Assembly: GCA_049645265.1 (NCBI GenBank)
Contig: JBARTN010000167.1
Span: forward strand, 14,538-78,537
Direction: 5' to 3'
Length of the DNA: 64,000 nucleotides
Source of the DNA: Polyangiales bacterium
Lineage (GTDB): Bacteria; Myxococcota_A; Polyangia; Polyangiales; Houyiibacteriaceae
A model generated the notes under the pieces. The model did no database searches. It worked only from the letters and a program-made list of their open reading frames with translations, and had not been told where the DNA came from. Shown here piece by piece: positions 1-9,042 of the stretch (positions are counted from its first letter, which is position 1; each line of letters begins with the position of its first letter). A program made the position numbers and the translations under genes.

Positions 1-78
1 TGATGCTCGGTGACCCGACGAACTTACGACTCCGTGACCCGGGCGAGAGCTTGAAGCTCGAGCTCGACGAATAGAAGC

Positions 79-702
79 TCAGGATGAGGTAGCAACATCG
101 GCCTGGTCGATGCTGCTCGCCGACAAGATGCGCTTCCAAAGCGCTTCGCGCCCGTCACCGGTTACCGAGCTGTACCCGATCAGCGGGCGGTCGAGCTCCC
201 GCCGAAGGGCCGTCACGGCGAGCTTTCGCTTGCTCGCCGGCAGCTTGTCGATCTTGGTCGCAACGAGAATCGGGGTGACGTCGATGCTGTCGAGGAACTC
301 GAGCAGTTGCAGGTCGTCGTCCTGCGCGCCTCGCCGAATGTCGATGATGACGATTGCGCCTCGAAGCCCCGGTCGCTCGCGGAGGAAGCCTTCGATGAGC
401 GGGCCCCAGGATCGGCGTTCGGCCTTGCTGCGCTGCGCATAGCCGTAGCCGGGCAAGTCGACCAAATCCAAATGGGCTTCGTCGTCTTTGGTCCGGACGC
501 GCACGCGAAAGATGTTGATCGCGCGCGTGCAGCCCGGTGCGCTGCTCGTGCGAACGAGCTTCTTGCGGCGGAGCAGATTGTTGATCAGGCTCGACTTGCC
601 GACGTTCGAACGCCCCGCGAACGCGACCTCTGCAAAGGTCGGCGCAGGCAACTGTCCGAGCTCGGTGGCTCCTGCGACGAATTCAGCATCGAGCACGTCC
701 AT
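79..702 (-). CDS. engB: Ribosome-biogenesis GTP-binding protein EngB/YsxC
   Basis: 207-aa ORF with G1 P-loop GRSNVGKSS, G3 DLPGYG and G4 TKIDK in EngB-type order. Size is typical of the family. Confidence 0.9.
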   Translation of the reverse strand: MDVLDAEFVAGATELGQLPAPTFAEVAFAGRSNVGKSSLINNLLRRKKLVRTSSAPGCTRAINIFRVRVRTKDDEAHLDLVDLPGYGYAQRSKAERRSWGPLIEGFLRERPGLRGAIVIIDIRRGAQDDDLQLLEFLDSIDVTPILVATKIDKLPASKRKLAVTALRRELDRPLIGYSSVTGDGREALWKRILSASSIDQADVATSS

Positions 703-729
703 GGCGGGCGTTGTAGCGCCACTTGGAGG

Positions 730-2340
730 TCACGCACGCACGCGGCGGCGAATCGCCGCTTGAAGGTCACGAAGCTCCGGCGAGCCCAGGGCCGCAACCA
801 CGGTGAGGTAGCTCAGAAGCCCCGCCACTGCAGTCGCGGCGAAGATCGCCAGGTTGCGCGGGTCATTGCCGCCCATCTCCCATCGGCCGAGGCTCGCGCA
901 AGCCCAGACGACCACGCCCATGACACCGCTGGCGACCAGCACACGAAGGACGCTGGCGCTGACCTCGGACATGCCGAGGCTTCCGGACCGCCGCCGAAGG
1001 AGCCAAAGGAGCGCGGCGAGCTGAGTGATGGCCGCCGCAGTCGTGGCGGCGGCGAGGCCGGCGTGCTGCATCGGGCCCATCAAAACCAGGCTGAGGCTCA
1101 TGAAGGCCACGAGATTCAGGGCACTGGCGATCACCGGAGTTCGCGTGTCGTTGTGTGCGTGAAACATCGGAACGATGGTGCGCACCGAGGCGACCGCCCA
1201 AATGCCGGCCGCCTGCCAAACGAGCGACCGCGTGGTTTCGTGGATGGCCGCTGCGTCATAGCGCCCCCGTCCGAAAAATACCGTGGCCGCCGGCTCCGCC
1301 AGCACCACCAGCGCAACGGTCGCCGGGATCGCGACGAAGAGGGAAAGCCGGAATGCGTGGCGGAAGAGGCGCTTGGCTTCGTCTTCATCGCCGTGAGCGA
1401 CCGCCTGGCTCAAGGAGGGAAGGGCGGCCGATGCGATCGCGAGTGCGAACATTCCTTGGGGGATCTCCGCCAATCGTTGGCCGTAGTAGAGGTAGCTGAC
1501 GCTTCCGGTGGGCAGAAAAGACGCCAAGAGTCGCGAGAGCAGCACGTTGACCTGGTAGACCCCGAGGCCTGCGAGCAGGGGGACCATCAGGCGCGCGCAC
1601 TTGCGCACGTAGATGTCGTTGAAGCCGATCTTCGGGCGGACGATGAGCCCTTCTTTTCGAAGCGACGGAAGCTGCGCCAGAACTTGAAGCCCGCCGCCGA
1701 CGAGTGCGCCGAACGCCAGCGAAAAGATCGCTGGCCAACCTAGCTCAAGGAGCATCGGCGCGAGGAGCAGCGCTCCGGCGATGAGCGAGATATTGAGGAG
1801 TGCAGGCGCAAAGGACGGCGCGGCAAATCGCTTGCTCGCATACAGGGCGCCCATCATCAGCGCGGAGATGCCCATCAGGAAGATGTACGGAAACAGCATC
1901 CGAGTGAGCGTCACCGTGGTTTCGAAGAGCGCATCGTCACGCTGAAAGCCCCAAGCGTAAGCTTTGACGATCCAAGGAGCTCCCAAGACGCCGACCATGG
2001 TGACCAAAAAGAGGACGACCGCCATTGCGCCGATCAGGTTTCGGTAGAATTCCTTCGCGCGGATCACGCCCTCGCGTTCGCGCACCTCGGTGAACACGGG
2101 GACGAACGCTGCCGAGACCGCGCCTTCGCCGAGCAGGACGCGAAGGGCATTAGGGATCGTGAAGGCGAGCCAGAACGCGTCGGTAGCCGCCAATGCAAAA
2201 ACCGCAGCGACGACCGCGTCGCGAACCGCGCCCAAGATCCGAGACGAAAGAGTGCCGGCAGCCACGACACCGGCGCGGCGAACGATCTCACCCCCGGACG
2301 TTCTATCTGGCTTCGCGGACATCGGCGGAAGGATGCGCAC
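730..2340 (-). CDS. murJ: Lipid II flippase MurJ/MviN (MOP superfamily)
   Basis: 536-aa polytopic membrane ORF. The N-terminus (SSRILGAVRDAVVAAVFALAATDAFWLAFTIPNALRVLLGEGAVSAAFVPVF) matches the conserved MurJ N-terminal signature. Alternative start at Met7 (2322). Confidence 0.85.
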   Translation of the reverse strand: MRILPPMSAKPDRTSGGEIVRRAGVVAAGTLSSRILGAVRDAVVAAVFALAATDAFWLAFTIPNALRVLLGEGAVSAAFVPVFTEVREREGVIRAKEFYRNLIGAMAVVLFLVTMVGVLGAPWIVKAYAWGFQRDDALFETTVTLTRMLFPYIFLMGISALMMGALYASKRFAAPSFAPALLNISLIAGALLLAPMLLELGWPAIFSLAFGALVGGGLQVLAQLPSLRKEGLIVRPKIGFNDIYVRKCARLMVPLLAGLGVYQVNVLLSRLLASFLPTGSVSYLYYGQRLAEIPQGMFALAIASAALPSLSQAVAHGDEDEAKRLFRHAFRLSLFVAIPATVALVVLAEPAATVFFGRGRYDAAAIHETTRSLVWQAAGIWAVASVRTIVPMFHAHNDTRTPVIASALNLVAFMSLSLVLMGPMQHAGLAAATTAAAITQLAALLWLLRRRSGSLGMSEVSASVLRVLVASGVMGVVVWACASLGRWEMGGNDPRNLAIFAATAVAGLLSYLTVVAALGSPELRDLQAAIRRRVRA

Positions 2341-2373
2341 GAGGCGTCAGTCCCGGCAAGAAAGCAGGACCGG

Positions 2374-3270
2374 TCAGCTCGCGCTCAGCAGGCCTTGAAG
2401 TTGGGCGATTTCGACGGTGTAGGGGGTGCCGCAATAGTCGCAGCCGATGCTCAGCGGCTCGCCTTCGGCGACGAGCTCCTGAATGTCCGTTCGATTCAGG
2501 ACGCTGAGGGTCGTCATCACTCTGACCTGGCTGCAGTGACAGCCGAAGCGAATGTCGCTGCTCTGCAACCAGGTGAACGGCATGCCTTCGAAAATCTGCT
2601 CGACCAACTGGGAAGGTGAGCCGTCGGAGCCCTGCAGGCGATCTCGGATCTCGACGAAGTTTTCGAGGCGCTCGGTCATGGTCGCCATGGCGGCCTCTGC
2701 TTCCAAGGCCTCTGGGAGGAGCTGCACGACGTAGCCGCCCGCCGTGGGGTTTTGTCCCCCGACCACCGAACCCAGGGAAATCATCGACACGATTTGCTCC
2801 GATAACTGCATGTAACGCATGAACCCCTCGGAGAGATTCCCGCCTCCGGGCAGCTCAACGACTCCGCGGTGCAGATCGGAGTTCGGAAGCGTCCTCATCA
2901 TTTGCAGGGTCGCCCTCGTCTTGCGGATGTCGGCGGGGGCTTCTCCGGAGCCCTTTTGCACGAGCCCGCGCGTCCAGCCGTCGGGGTGCGAGTCGGCGAC
3001 CAGCTGTCCTGCGTCGTCGTCGAAGCGAACGATGCACTGCACGCGGAGCGAGGGCGCCATCGTCTCTCGGTAGAGCACCGCGGTGGTCAGCAAATCCGCC
3101 ATATCCTGCGCGACGAGTCCGGAGAGCTCCTGGGCTGAAATCACGGCTTGGGCCGTGTCGGTCGTTCGGGCCGCGACGACCCGAAAGGCCCCGTCGTTGG
3201 TCATTGCTCGCACTACCGAGTCAGATTCGGGCATGTTTCCTGTTGAAGCGCATTGGCGATCGTTTGGCAA
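2374..3270 (-). CDS. hslO: Redox-regulated chaperone Hsp33
   Basis: 298-aa ORF with the C-terminal zinc/redox switch CHCS (CxC) plus CDYCGTPY (CxxC). The ATG at 3234, preceded by AGGAAA, is a more likely start than 3270. Confidence 0.85.
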   Translation of the reverse strand: MPNDRQCASTGNMPESDSVVRAMTNDGAFRVVAARTTDTAQAVISAQELSGLVAQDMADLLTTAVLYRETMAPSLRVQCIVRFDDDAGQLVADSHPDGWTRGLVQKGSGEAPADIRKTRATLQMMRTLPNSDLHRGVVELPGGGNLSEGFMRYMQLSEQIVSMISLGSVVGGQNPTAGGYVVQLLPEALEAEAAMATMTERLENFVEIRDRLQGSDGSPSQLVEQIFEGMPFTWLQSSDIRFGCHCSQVRVMTTLSVLNRTDIQELVAEGEPLSIGCDYCGTPYTVEIAQLQGLLSAS

Positions 3271-3297
3271 GCGCTACTCTTGGGCCGGGAGTAACAA

Positions 3298-4329
3298 ATG
3301 ACGACGCACCAAATCGTTCTCATCCCGGGTGACGGAATCGGCCCGGAAGTAGCGGCAGCGACAACGCGGGTCCTCCGGGCGGCCGAGGCCCCACTAGAAT
3401 GGGTCGAGCATCATGCCGGCGTTGCCGCGCTCGAGACGATTGGCGAGGTGTTGCCCGAGGGAACGCTCGACGCGGTTCGTGAACACGGACTCGCGCTCAA
3501 GGGGCCGTGCACGACGCCAGTGGGCAAGGGCTTCACCTCGGTCAATGTGCAGCTTCGCAAGCGGCTGGACCTCTACGCTGCCGTCCGTCCGGTTCGCAAC
3601 CTGCCCGGAATCGAGACGCGGTATCAAGACGTCGATCTCGTCGTGATTCGGGAGAACACCGAGGGGCTCTACAGCGGCATCGAAAACGAAGTCACCAAAG
3701 GCGTCGTGACGAGCCTCAAGGTCGCGACCGAGCACGCGTCTCGGCGGATCGCCCACTGGGCTTTTCGATACGCGCGCGATCGTGGCCGCAAAAAGGTCAC
3801 GGTAATGCACAAAGCCAACATCATGAAGTTGACCGATGGGATGTACATTCGCTGCGCCCGCGAAATTCGAGAAGAAGAGGGCTTCACCGACATCGAGTAT
3901 GAAGAGGTCATCATCGATGCCGGCTGCATGAAGTTGGTGCAAGACCCGACGCAGTTCGACGTCCTCCTGCTGGAGAACCTCTATGGCGACGTCCTGAGCG
4001 ACCTCTGCGCGGGCTTCGTGGGCGGCTTGGGCGTGGTTCCGGGCGCAAACATCGGCGTCGAGTACGCGGTGTTCGAAGCGGTGCACGGTTCGGCGCCCGA
4101 CATTGCGGGCAAGGGCGTCGCAAACCCGCTTGCCCTGGTCATGTCGGCGGTGATGTTGCTCAACCACATCGCCGATACGCGCGGCGACGAGACCTGCCGG
4201 GCGTCCGCGGTTCGAATTCGCGAGGCTTACAACCAGGCCTTGTCCGATGGGCAAAAGACCAGGGACCTCGGTGGCACGCTCGACACCGAGGGGTTTGCCT
4301 CCGCGGTCATCGAGCGAATCGCGGGCTAG
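3298..4329 (+). CDS. Isocitrate/isopropylmalate dehydrogenase family protein, most like NAD-dependent isocitrate dehydrogenase
   Basis: 343-aa ORF with N-terminal LIPGDGIGPEV, IRENTEGLYSGIE and the family signature NLYGDVLSDLCAGFVGGLGVVPGANIG. Substrate assignment is inferred from the IRENTEG-type block only. Confidence 0.75.
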   Translation: MTTHQIVLIPGDGIGPEVAAATTRVLRAAEAPLEWVEHHAGVAALETIGEVLPEGTLDAVREHGLALKGPCTTPVGKGFTSVNVQLRKRLDLYAAVRPVRNLPGIETRYQDVDLVVIRENTEGLYSGIENEVTKGVVTSLKVATEHASRRIAHWAFRYARDRGRKKVTVMHKANIMKLTDGMYIRCAREIREEEGFTDIEYEEVIIDAGCMKLVQDPTQFDVLLLENLYGDVLSDLCAGFVGGLGVVPGANIGVEYAVFEAVHGSAPDIAGKGVANPLALVMSAVMLLNHIADTRGDETCRASAVRIREAYNQALSDGQKTRDLGGTLDTEGFASAVIERIAG

Positions 4330-6905
4330 TCGTCCGTCTCTCGAACTCCGCCGCTTCCCCCAGCAACGCGCAGGAGTGGTGGGAGGACGACGAGGGTGGC
4401 CACTAGGCAGCCGCCGATCGTGATGGCGATGAGCTCGCCGAAGTTGCGGACCGGGACGAACGAGCTCAACAGAAGAACCGAAAAGCCAGCCATCAAGGTC
4501 ACGCAGGAGATCACGATGGCACGGCCGGTGCCGCGCGCAGCCCGCACCAACGCAGCTTCACGTCCGATGCCGTGTTGCATCTCTTCGCGGAATCGCGCCA
4601 GAACGTGAATGGTTCCGTTGACCGCGAGGCCGAGGCTGATCGAGAAGATGATGACGGTCGAGACGTTCAGAGGAATCTCGCGCCAGACCATATAGGCCAT
4701 CGTCGCAACCAAGGGAATCAAGTTTGGCGGAATGCTCAGCAACCCGAGCCGAATGCTGCGGAAGAAGAACGCGAGCAACAAGAAGATGATCACGACGGCG
4801 ACGAGGAGACTTCCGAGCAGGTCATTGACGACCGCCGCTTGCCCGCGCGAACCCGTGTAGGCTTCTCCGGTGTACGAGACCGACACCGTGTCTTCGTCCC
4901 TGAGGCTGCCTTCGATGACGTTCTCGAGGACGTCGAGGAAGCGCATCGTCGCTTGCGCCCCGACGTCGCGCAGCTTGAATTGGATGCGCGCCTTTTTGCC
5001 GTCTTCGGTGAGCCACTCGCTGAGCGGGCTTGGTTGACGCTGGCTCATCATCGTGACGAGGCCCTTCACCTGTTTTTTGCTCTTGAAGAACTCCGAGCGA
5101 ACCGTCGGGTCATCGGCGAGTAGCGCATACGACTCTCGCAGCATGTCGCCATAGCTAAGGCTTCGGATGACTTCCGGGCGAAGCGCCGCCCAGTTCCGGA
5201 TGCGCTGAATCTTCTGCACCATCTTCGGGTCCATGAAGCGGTCTTCTTCGGTGCTGACGAGCACAACCTCGAGCGGACGCACGCCTGCGAGCTTCTCTTC
5301 GATCAAGAGAGTGGTCGTGTAGACGGGGTCGGTTTCGTCGAACTGGTCGAGCAAGGCGTGGTCGACGGTGATCTGGCTCGCTACGTAGGCCGCACCGGCA
5401 GTGAACAACGCGGTCACACCGAGTACGGCCCAGCGCCAACGAAGCAGCCTCGCGACGAGCCCAGTGGTCACGGTGGTGAACATGCTGGTTCGTTCTCTGC
5501 GGACGTCTGAGCGCTTGGGTGGGGTGACCCAGGTGAGGATCGCGGGCACGAACGTGATGATGACGACGTACGAGACCATCACGCCGAGACCGGATGTGAG
5601 GCCGAAGTGTCGCAGCATCACGGTTTTCGAAACGACGAGTGACCCGAGGCCGGCCGCGGTCGTCGCAGAGGTGAGCATGCAGGCCACCGCGATCGCACGA
5701 ACCGTGCGGCGTCCAGCGGACTGCCGGTCGGGGTCGTCGTCCGCGTGCACCTCGTCGCGATAGCGCTGAATCAAATGCGTCGCGTCGCTGATGCCAATGA
5801 TGATCAGCAGGGGCACGATCACATTGTTCAGAATGTTCATCGGCTCACCAAAGAGCCCCATCCCCCCGACCGTCACCAGTGCGGTGATGGCCACAGCCCC
5901 AAGCGGGAGCAAGACACCTGGCCACCATCGAAACGACAAGGTCAACAGAATCAAGCAAACCAAGACGGTCAGAGGAATCAAGCGCAGGTTGTCCGCGCGC
6001 ATCTTGCTGACGATGACGCTGCGAAGATAGGGGAGGCCGCCGACGTGTACATCGATGTCTTGGAACTCCGGGCGCTCGAGCGATTCGCGGAGGTCGTCCA
6101 TCGCCGCCCGCATCTCTTTGGGGTCGAGCTCGTGCAGTTGGAGCGCGATGCCCGCCACCGTGTGGTCCTCATCGATCAGCCGGCCCACCAGAAGAGGGTT
6201 GCTCGAGATGGCGCCCGCGAGCTCGACGGCCTCTTCTTCGGTGACCTCCGTCCCTTCAACGAGCGGATCGGTGTGGAGCTCCGCCGACAAGGCGGGCCCG
6301 ACCTTGGCAATGCCGCCGGGGAAACGATCGGGGTCGCTCTCGATGATGTCGAGAAGCGCGTTGAACGAGGCGTCTTCGAGATTCCCCTGTGCATCAGGCT
6401 TGTCTTCCGATTCGTCGAGGGAATCGAGATCGTCGAGATCGTCGAGATCATCGAGATCGCCTTCATCCCCCGGCCCTCCGACCTCCTGGAGGCCGTCGAG
6501 GTCATCAAGCTCGCCTGGGGCATCGTCGGGCGCGACTTTGACCCGGCGCGGGATGTTGAGGGTCGTAATGCCCGCGACCTTCTCGACCCAGGGCTTCTCT
6601 GCAAAGTAGAGCGAGATGTCGTGGATCTGCTGAAGCGTGTCCCGGGCGAGGACGTCGTCGGCCTCGACCAGAATGAGAACGGCCTCTCGCCGTTTCCCAA
6701 ACCACTCCTCGAAGCGCTGCTGGATCAGCGCGTACTCTTCACCCTCGAACGAGGACAGCAGGCTTTCCGGCGACGGATCGGCCGTCAACTTCGGGATTTG
6801 AGTCGTGAAGGCGACCGTCACCAGGACCGAAATCCAGACGACGCGCTTCCGGTGCTCCGTGACGAGCTTGCCAAGCCAATCCAAGGTTTGCTGGCGTCGG
6901 GACAC
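4326..6905 (-). CDS. RND/MMPL-superfamily membrane exporter (HpnN/MMPL-like, two sterol-sensing-like TM bundles)
   Basis: 859-aa ORF with one N-terminal TM helix and two clusters of about 5-6 TM helices (e.g. LIPLTVLVCLILLTLSFRWWPGVLLPLGAVAITALVTVGGMGLF...PLLIIIGISDATHL) separated by large soluble loops. The first loop carries an acidic DDLDDLDDLDSLDESED insertion. Confidence 0.75.
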   Translation of the reverse strand: MSRRQQTLDWLGKLVTEHRKRVVWISVLVTVAFTTQIPKLTADPSPESLLSSFEGEEYALIQQRFEEWFGKRREAVLILVEADDVLARDTLQQIHDISLYFAEKPWVEKVAGITTLNIPRRVKVAPDDAPGELDDLDGLQEVGGPGDEGDLDDLDDLDDLDSLDESEDKPDAQGNLEDASFNALLDIIESDPDRFPGGIAKVGPALSAELHTDPLVEGTEVTEEEAVELAGAISSNPLLVGRLIDEDHTVAGIALQLHELDPKEMRAAMDDLRESLERPEFQDIDVHVGGLPYLRSVIVSKMRADNLRLIPLTVLVCLILLTLSFRWWPGVLLPLGAVAITALVTVGGMGLFGEPMNILNNVIVPLLIIIGISDATHLIQRYRDEVHADDDPDRQSAGRRTVRAIAVACMLTSATTAAGLGSLVVSKTVMLRHFGLTSGLGVMVSYVVIITFVPAILTWVTPPKRSDVRRERTSMFTTVTTGLVARLLRWRWAVLGVTALFTAGAAYVASQITVDHALLDQFDETDPVYTTTLLIEEKLAGVRPLEVVLVSTEEDRFMDPKMVQKIQRIRNWAALRPEVIRSLSYGDMLRESYALLADDPTVRSEFFKSKKQVKGLVTMMSQRQPSPLSEWLTEDGKKARIQFKLRDVGAQATMRFLDVLENVIEGSLRDEDTVSVSYTGEAYTGSRGQAAVVNDLLGSLLVAVVIIFLLLAFFFRSIRLGLLSIPPNLIPLVATMAYMVWREIPLNVSTVIIFSISLGLAVNGTIHVLARFREEMQHGIGREAALVRAARGTGRAIVISCVTLMAGFSVLLLSSFVPVRNFGELIAITIGGCLVATLVVLPPLLRVAGGSGGVRETDD
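6425..6460. repeat. In-frame 9-bp tandem repeat x4 (cgagatcgt-type) inside the RND gene, each unit containing GATC
   Basis: Read directly: cgagatcgt cgagatcgt cgagatcat cgagatcgc. On the minus strand it encodes the (D-D/S-L)n acidic stretch. Confidence 0.85.
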
Positions 6906-6955
6906 GGGCCTGTATGCCTGGTAGAAGCGGGTCTCGCAAGGTTCTTGCTACCGGC

Positions 6956-6984
6956 TTGACAGCCCCCCGGGGCAGGGCTACCAC
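6956..6984 (+). promoter_or_regulatory. Candidate sigma70-type promoter of rpsT
   Basis: TTGACA (6956-6961), a 17-nt spacer, then TACCAC (6979-6984). GGGGAGG (6997-7003) lies 8 nt before the GTG start at 7012. Only a pattern match, and the -10 element is weak. Confidence 0.3.
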
Positions 6985-7011
6985 GCGCGTCCCTACGGGG
7001 AGGATATTCGA

Positions 7012-7278
7012 GTGGCCAACCACGCCTCAGCAAAAAAGCGAGTCCGCCAGACGATCAAGCGAACCGCGCGCAACCGTCAGATCCGCACCAACGTGCGCAC
7101 CTGCGTGAAGCGCGTCCGTACCGCGATCGAGACCGGCGATGCCGAAGCAGCGAAGAAGGCGCTCGTCGAGGCCGTAAGCCGTATCGACGGCGCAGTGTCG
7201 AAGGGCATCTACCACCGCAAGACCGGCTCGCGGCATATCGCCAGGCTGACCCACCAGGTCAACGCCCTCCAGAGCTGA
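7012..7278 (+). CDS. rpsT: 30S ribosomal protein S20
   Basis: 88-aa basic ORF (GTG start) beginning ANHASAKKRVRQTIKRTARNRQIR, the conserved S20 N-terminus. Confidence 0.95.
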   Translation: MANHASAKKRVRQTIKRTARNRQIRTNVRTCVKRVRTAIETGDAEAAKKALVEAVSRIDGAVSKGIYHRKTGSRHIARLTHQVNALQS

Positions 7279-7331
7279 GCGCCAGCTCCGGGTCGATTTC
7301 GTTCCGATCGGTTCCGAGGCGGTTCGATCGA

Positions 7332-8333
7332 TCAAGGGGGGTCCGCGCAGAGCTCGAGCACCGCATCCTGGAGGATCACGTCGGGGGGGCGCTTGCTGCT
7401 CTTGAGCGCGCGATCGGTTTCCGCGATCAGCGTGAATGCTTTCCCGAGGCTGTCGGCGGTGAATCGCCGGGCCGACTCGGTGAGGTCGCCCGCTTTGAAG
7501 GGAGGGGCGCCCGCGCGCTTGGCGGCCTCTTCGGGGCGGAGGCCCTCCGAGAGCGCTTCGCGCATGCGAGCGACGATTCGGAGTTGTCGAGCCACCATGG
7601 CGAGAAGCCGAAGTGGCGGCTCTCCATCGTCGAGGAGTGACTGGGCGGCGGCAATACCCTTGCGACGGTCCTTGAGCCCGATCGCATCGACCAGGCTCCA
7701 AATGGACTCGACACGAACCCGGGTGACACACGTCATCACGGCGTCGGCGTCGATGCGCTGGCCAGCGCCCACGAAAAGCGAGAGGCGTTCCATCGCGTCG
7801 TCGATCGCGGCGAGGTCGTCACCGACCGCATCGAGGAGGGCCTCGATCGCCTGCGGGGCAATGCTGTGCTCTCGAGCCTTTGCCTCGGCGCGGATGAACT
7901 CCCGAAGTGCTGCACCGCGAAGAGGCTTGGCGTCGACGAGATAGCCTTTCTTTTTTGCAGCCTTGGCGAGCTTGGCACGCCCGTCGAGCTTGGTCGCGGT
8001 CAGTAGAAAACACGTCGATTCGTTTGGATCGTCCAAATATGCGGCGAGATTCGTTTGCTCGGTAGGCGTCATGGCCTCGACGTGGCGCACCAAGACGAGG
8101 CGTGTGTCGGCCATCATCGGAAGGGTCCGTGCCGCGGAGATCACCTGCGCCGCATCGAGCCCCTTGCCGTCGAACACCTCGATGTTGAAGCCCGGCGCGC
8201 CCATCGAGTCGACCGCTTTGCGCACGGCATCGACCGCGCGCTCGATCAGCAGGCGTTCGGTCCCGACCAGCACATACACCGGGTCGAGGGAGCCCTTCGA
8301 GGCCCTCTTGGTGACATCATTTAGGCTTGGCAC
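7332..8333 (-). CDS. holA: DNA polymerase III subunit delta
   Basis: 333-aa ORF with an N-terminal PVYVLVGTERLLIERAVDAVRKAV block. Overall length and helical C-terminal half are typical of HolA. Confidence 0.8.
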   Translation of the reverse strand: MPSLNDVTKRASKGSLDPVYVLVGTERLLIERAVDAVRKAVDSMGAPGFNIEVFDGKGLDAAQVISAARTLPMMADTRLVLVRHVEAMTPTEQTNLAAYLDDPNESTCFLLTATKLDGRAKLAKAAKKKGYLVDAKPLRGAALREFIRAEAKAREHSIAPQAIEALLDAVGDDLAAIDDAMERLSLFVGAGQRIDADAVMTCVTRVRVESIWSLVDAIGLKDRRKGIAAAQSLLDDGEPPLRLLAMVARQLRIVARMREALSEGLRPEEAAKRAGAPPFKAGDLTESARRFTADSLGKAFTLIAETDRALKSSKRPPDVILQDAVLELCADPP

Positions 8334-8336
8334 GGT

Positions 8337-8900
8337 TCAGCGGGCTTCGTCATCCGAGAAGGTGACTTCGCCGCCGTGTTGTACCCTGTCCCCGAGAATT
8401 TGAAAGCGGTAACGGCCGACCTCTTGTCGACGCACGGTCACCACCATCTCGAGCCGTCGGTTGGGCTCGAACTGCGGGCGCTTGAGCCTGAGCTTGTGGA
8501 CGATCGTTCGCTGATTGCTGTCATTGACGAAGACCGTCATGGCGGGGGCGATGAACTTCCGCTCCGCCGTTTGGATATCGTAGAAAAGCACTTCGAACTC
8601 CGAGTCGCCCAGGGGAGCGTTGAAGTTCGCGACCAAAGTGGCGTTCCACTGGCGTTCGTCGACCGGCGCATCGACATTTTCCCGCAGACGGGTCGCCTTA
8701 TTCGACTGAGCAAAGCGAATGACACCAGACTCCGAAAGGGTGCGAGGCACACCTTTTTGCGTGAGGAAAATCTTCGCGCGAAGGCCCTGTGCGGCGTCGG
8801 CTCCCTGCCATGGAGTCACCGACGAAACGATGGCTGCCAATGCAGTGGTGACGAGTGCGAGGCGTAGATTCACAGCTTGCTCCTGGGTTGGGTTCCTCAA
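8337..8900 (-). CDS. Hypothetical secreted protein (signal peptide, no Cys), located in the position LptE occupies upstream of holA in many proteobacteria
   Basis: 187-aa ORF with N-terminal hydrophobic LRLALVTTALAAIVSSVTPWQGADA. Its stop lies 3 nt before the holA start. I recognised no family motif. Confidence 0.5.
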   Translation of the reverse strand: MRNPTQEQAVNLRLALVTTALAAIVSSVTPWQGADAAQGLRAKIFLTQKGVPRTLSESGVIRFAQSNKATRLRENVDAPVDERQWNATLVANFNAPLGDSEFEVLFYDIQTAERKFIAPAMTVFVNDSNQRTIVHKLRLKRPQFEPNRRLEMVVTVRRQEVGRYRFQILGDRVQHGGEVTFSDDEAR

Positions 8901-9042
8901 TCAAGCTAACAACTGAAACTTTCCAGTGACAGGGTGATAAAGTGCCCAAATGTAGGTTTTGAGCCTTCATGTTTGATACAGCCGGCCGAAAAGTTGTGCC
9001 CCAAGGCGGTGACGGCTAACTCCGACCCAAGAACGGAGCTCG

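Noticed and set aside
1-74. Possible 3' end of a plus-strand gene (frame ending LKLELDE-stop at 72-74)
   Set aside because: Only about 24 codons are visible with no recognisable motif, so coding status cannot be distinguished from chance.
307-1743. 478-aa plus-strand ORF antisense to engB and murJ
   Set aside because: Arg/Gly/Asp/His-rich low-complexity translation with no motifs. This is a typical shadow ORF in GC-rich DNA, and the opposite strand encodes well-supported genes.
6425-6460. Short tandem repeats (also at 46751-46786) considered as a CRISPR or other non-coding repeat array
   Set aside because: The units are 9 bp with no spacers, are in frame, and lie inside coding sequence. They are coding microsatellites, not CRISPR.
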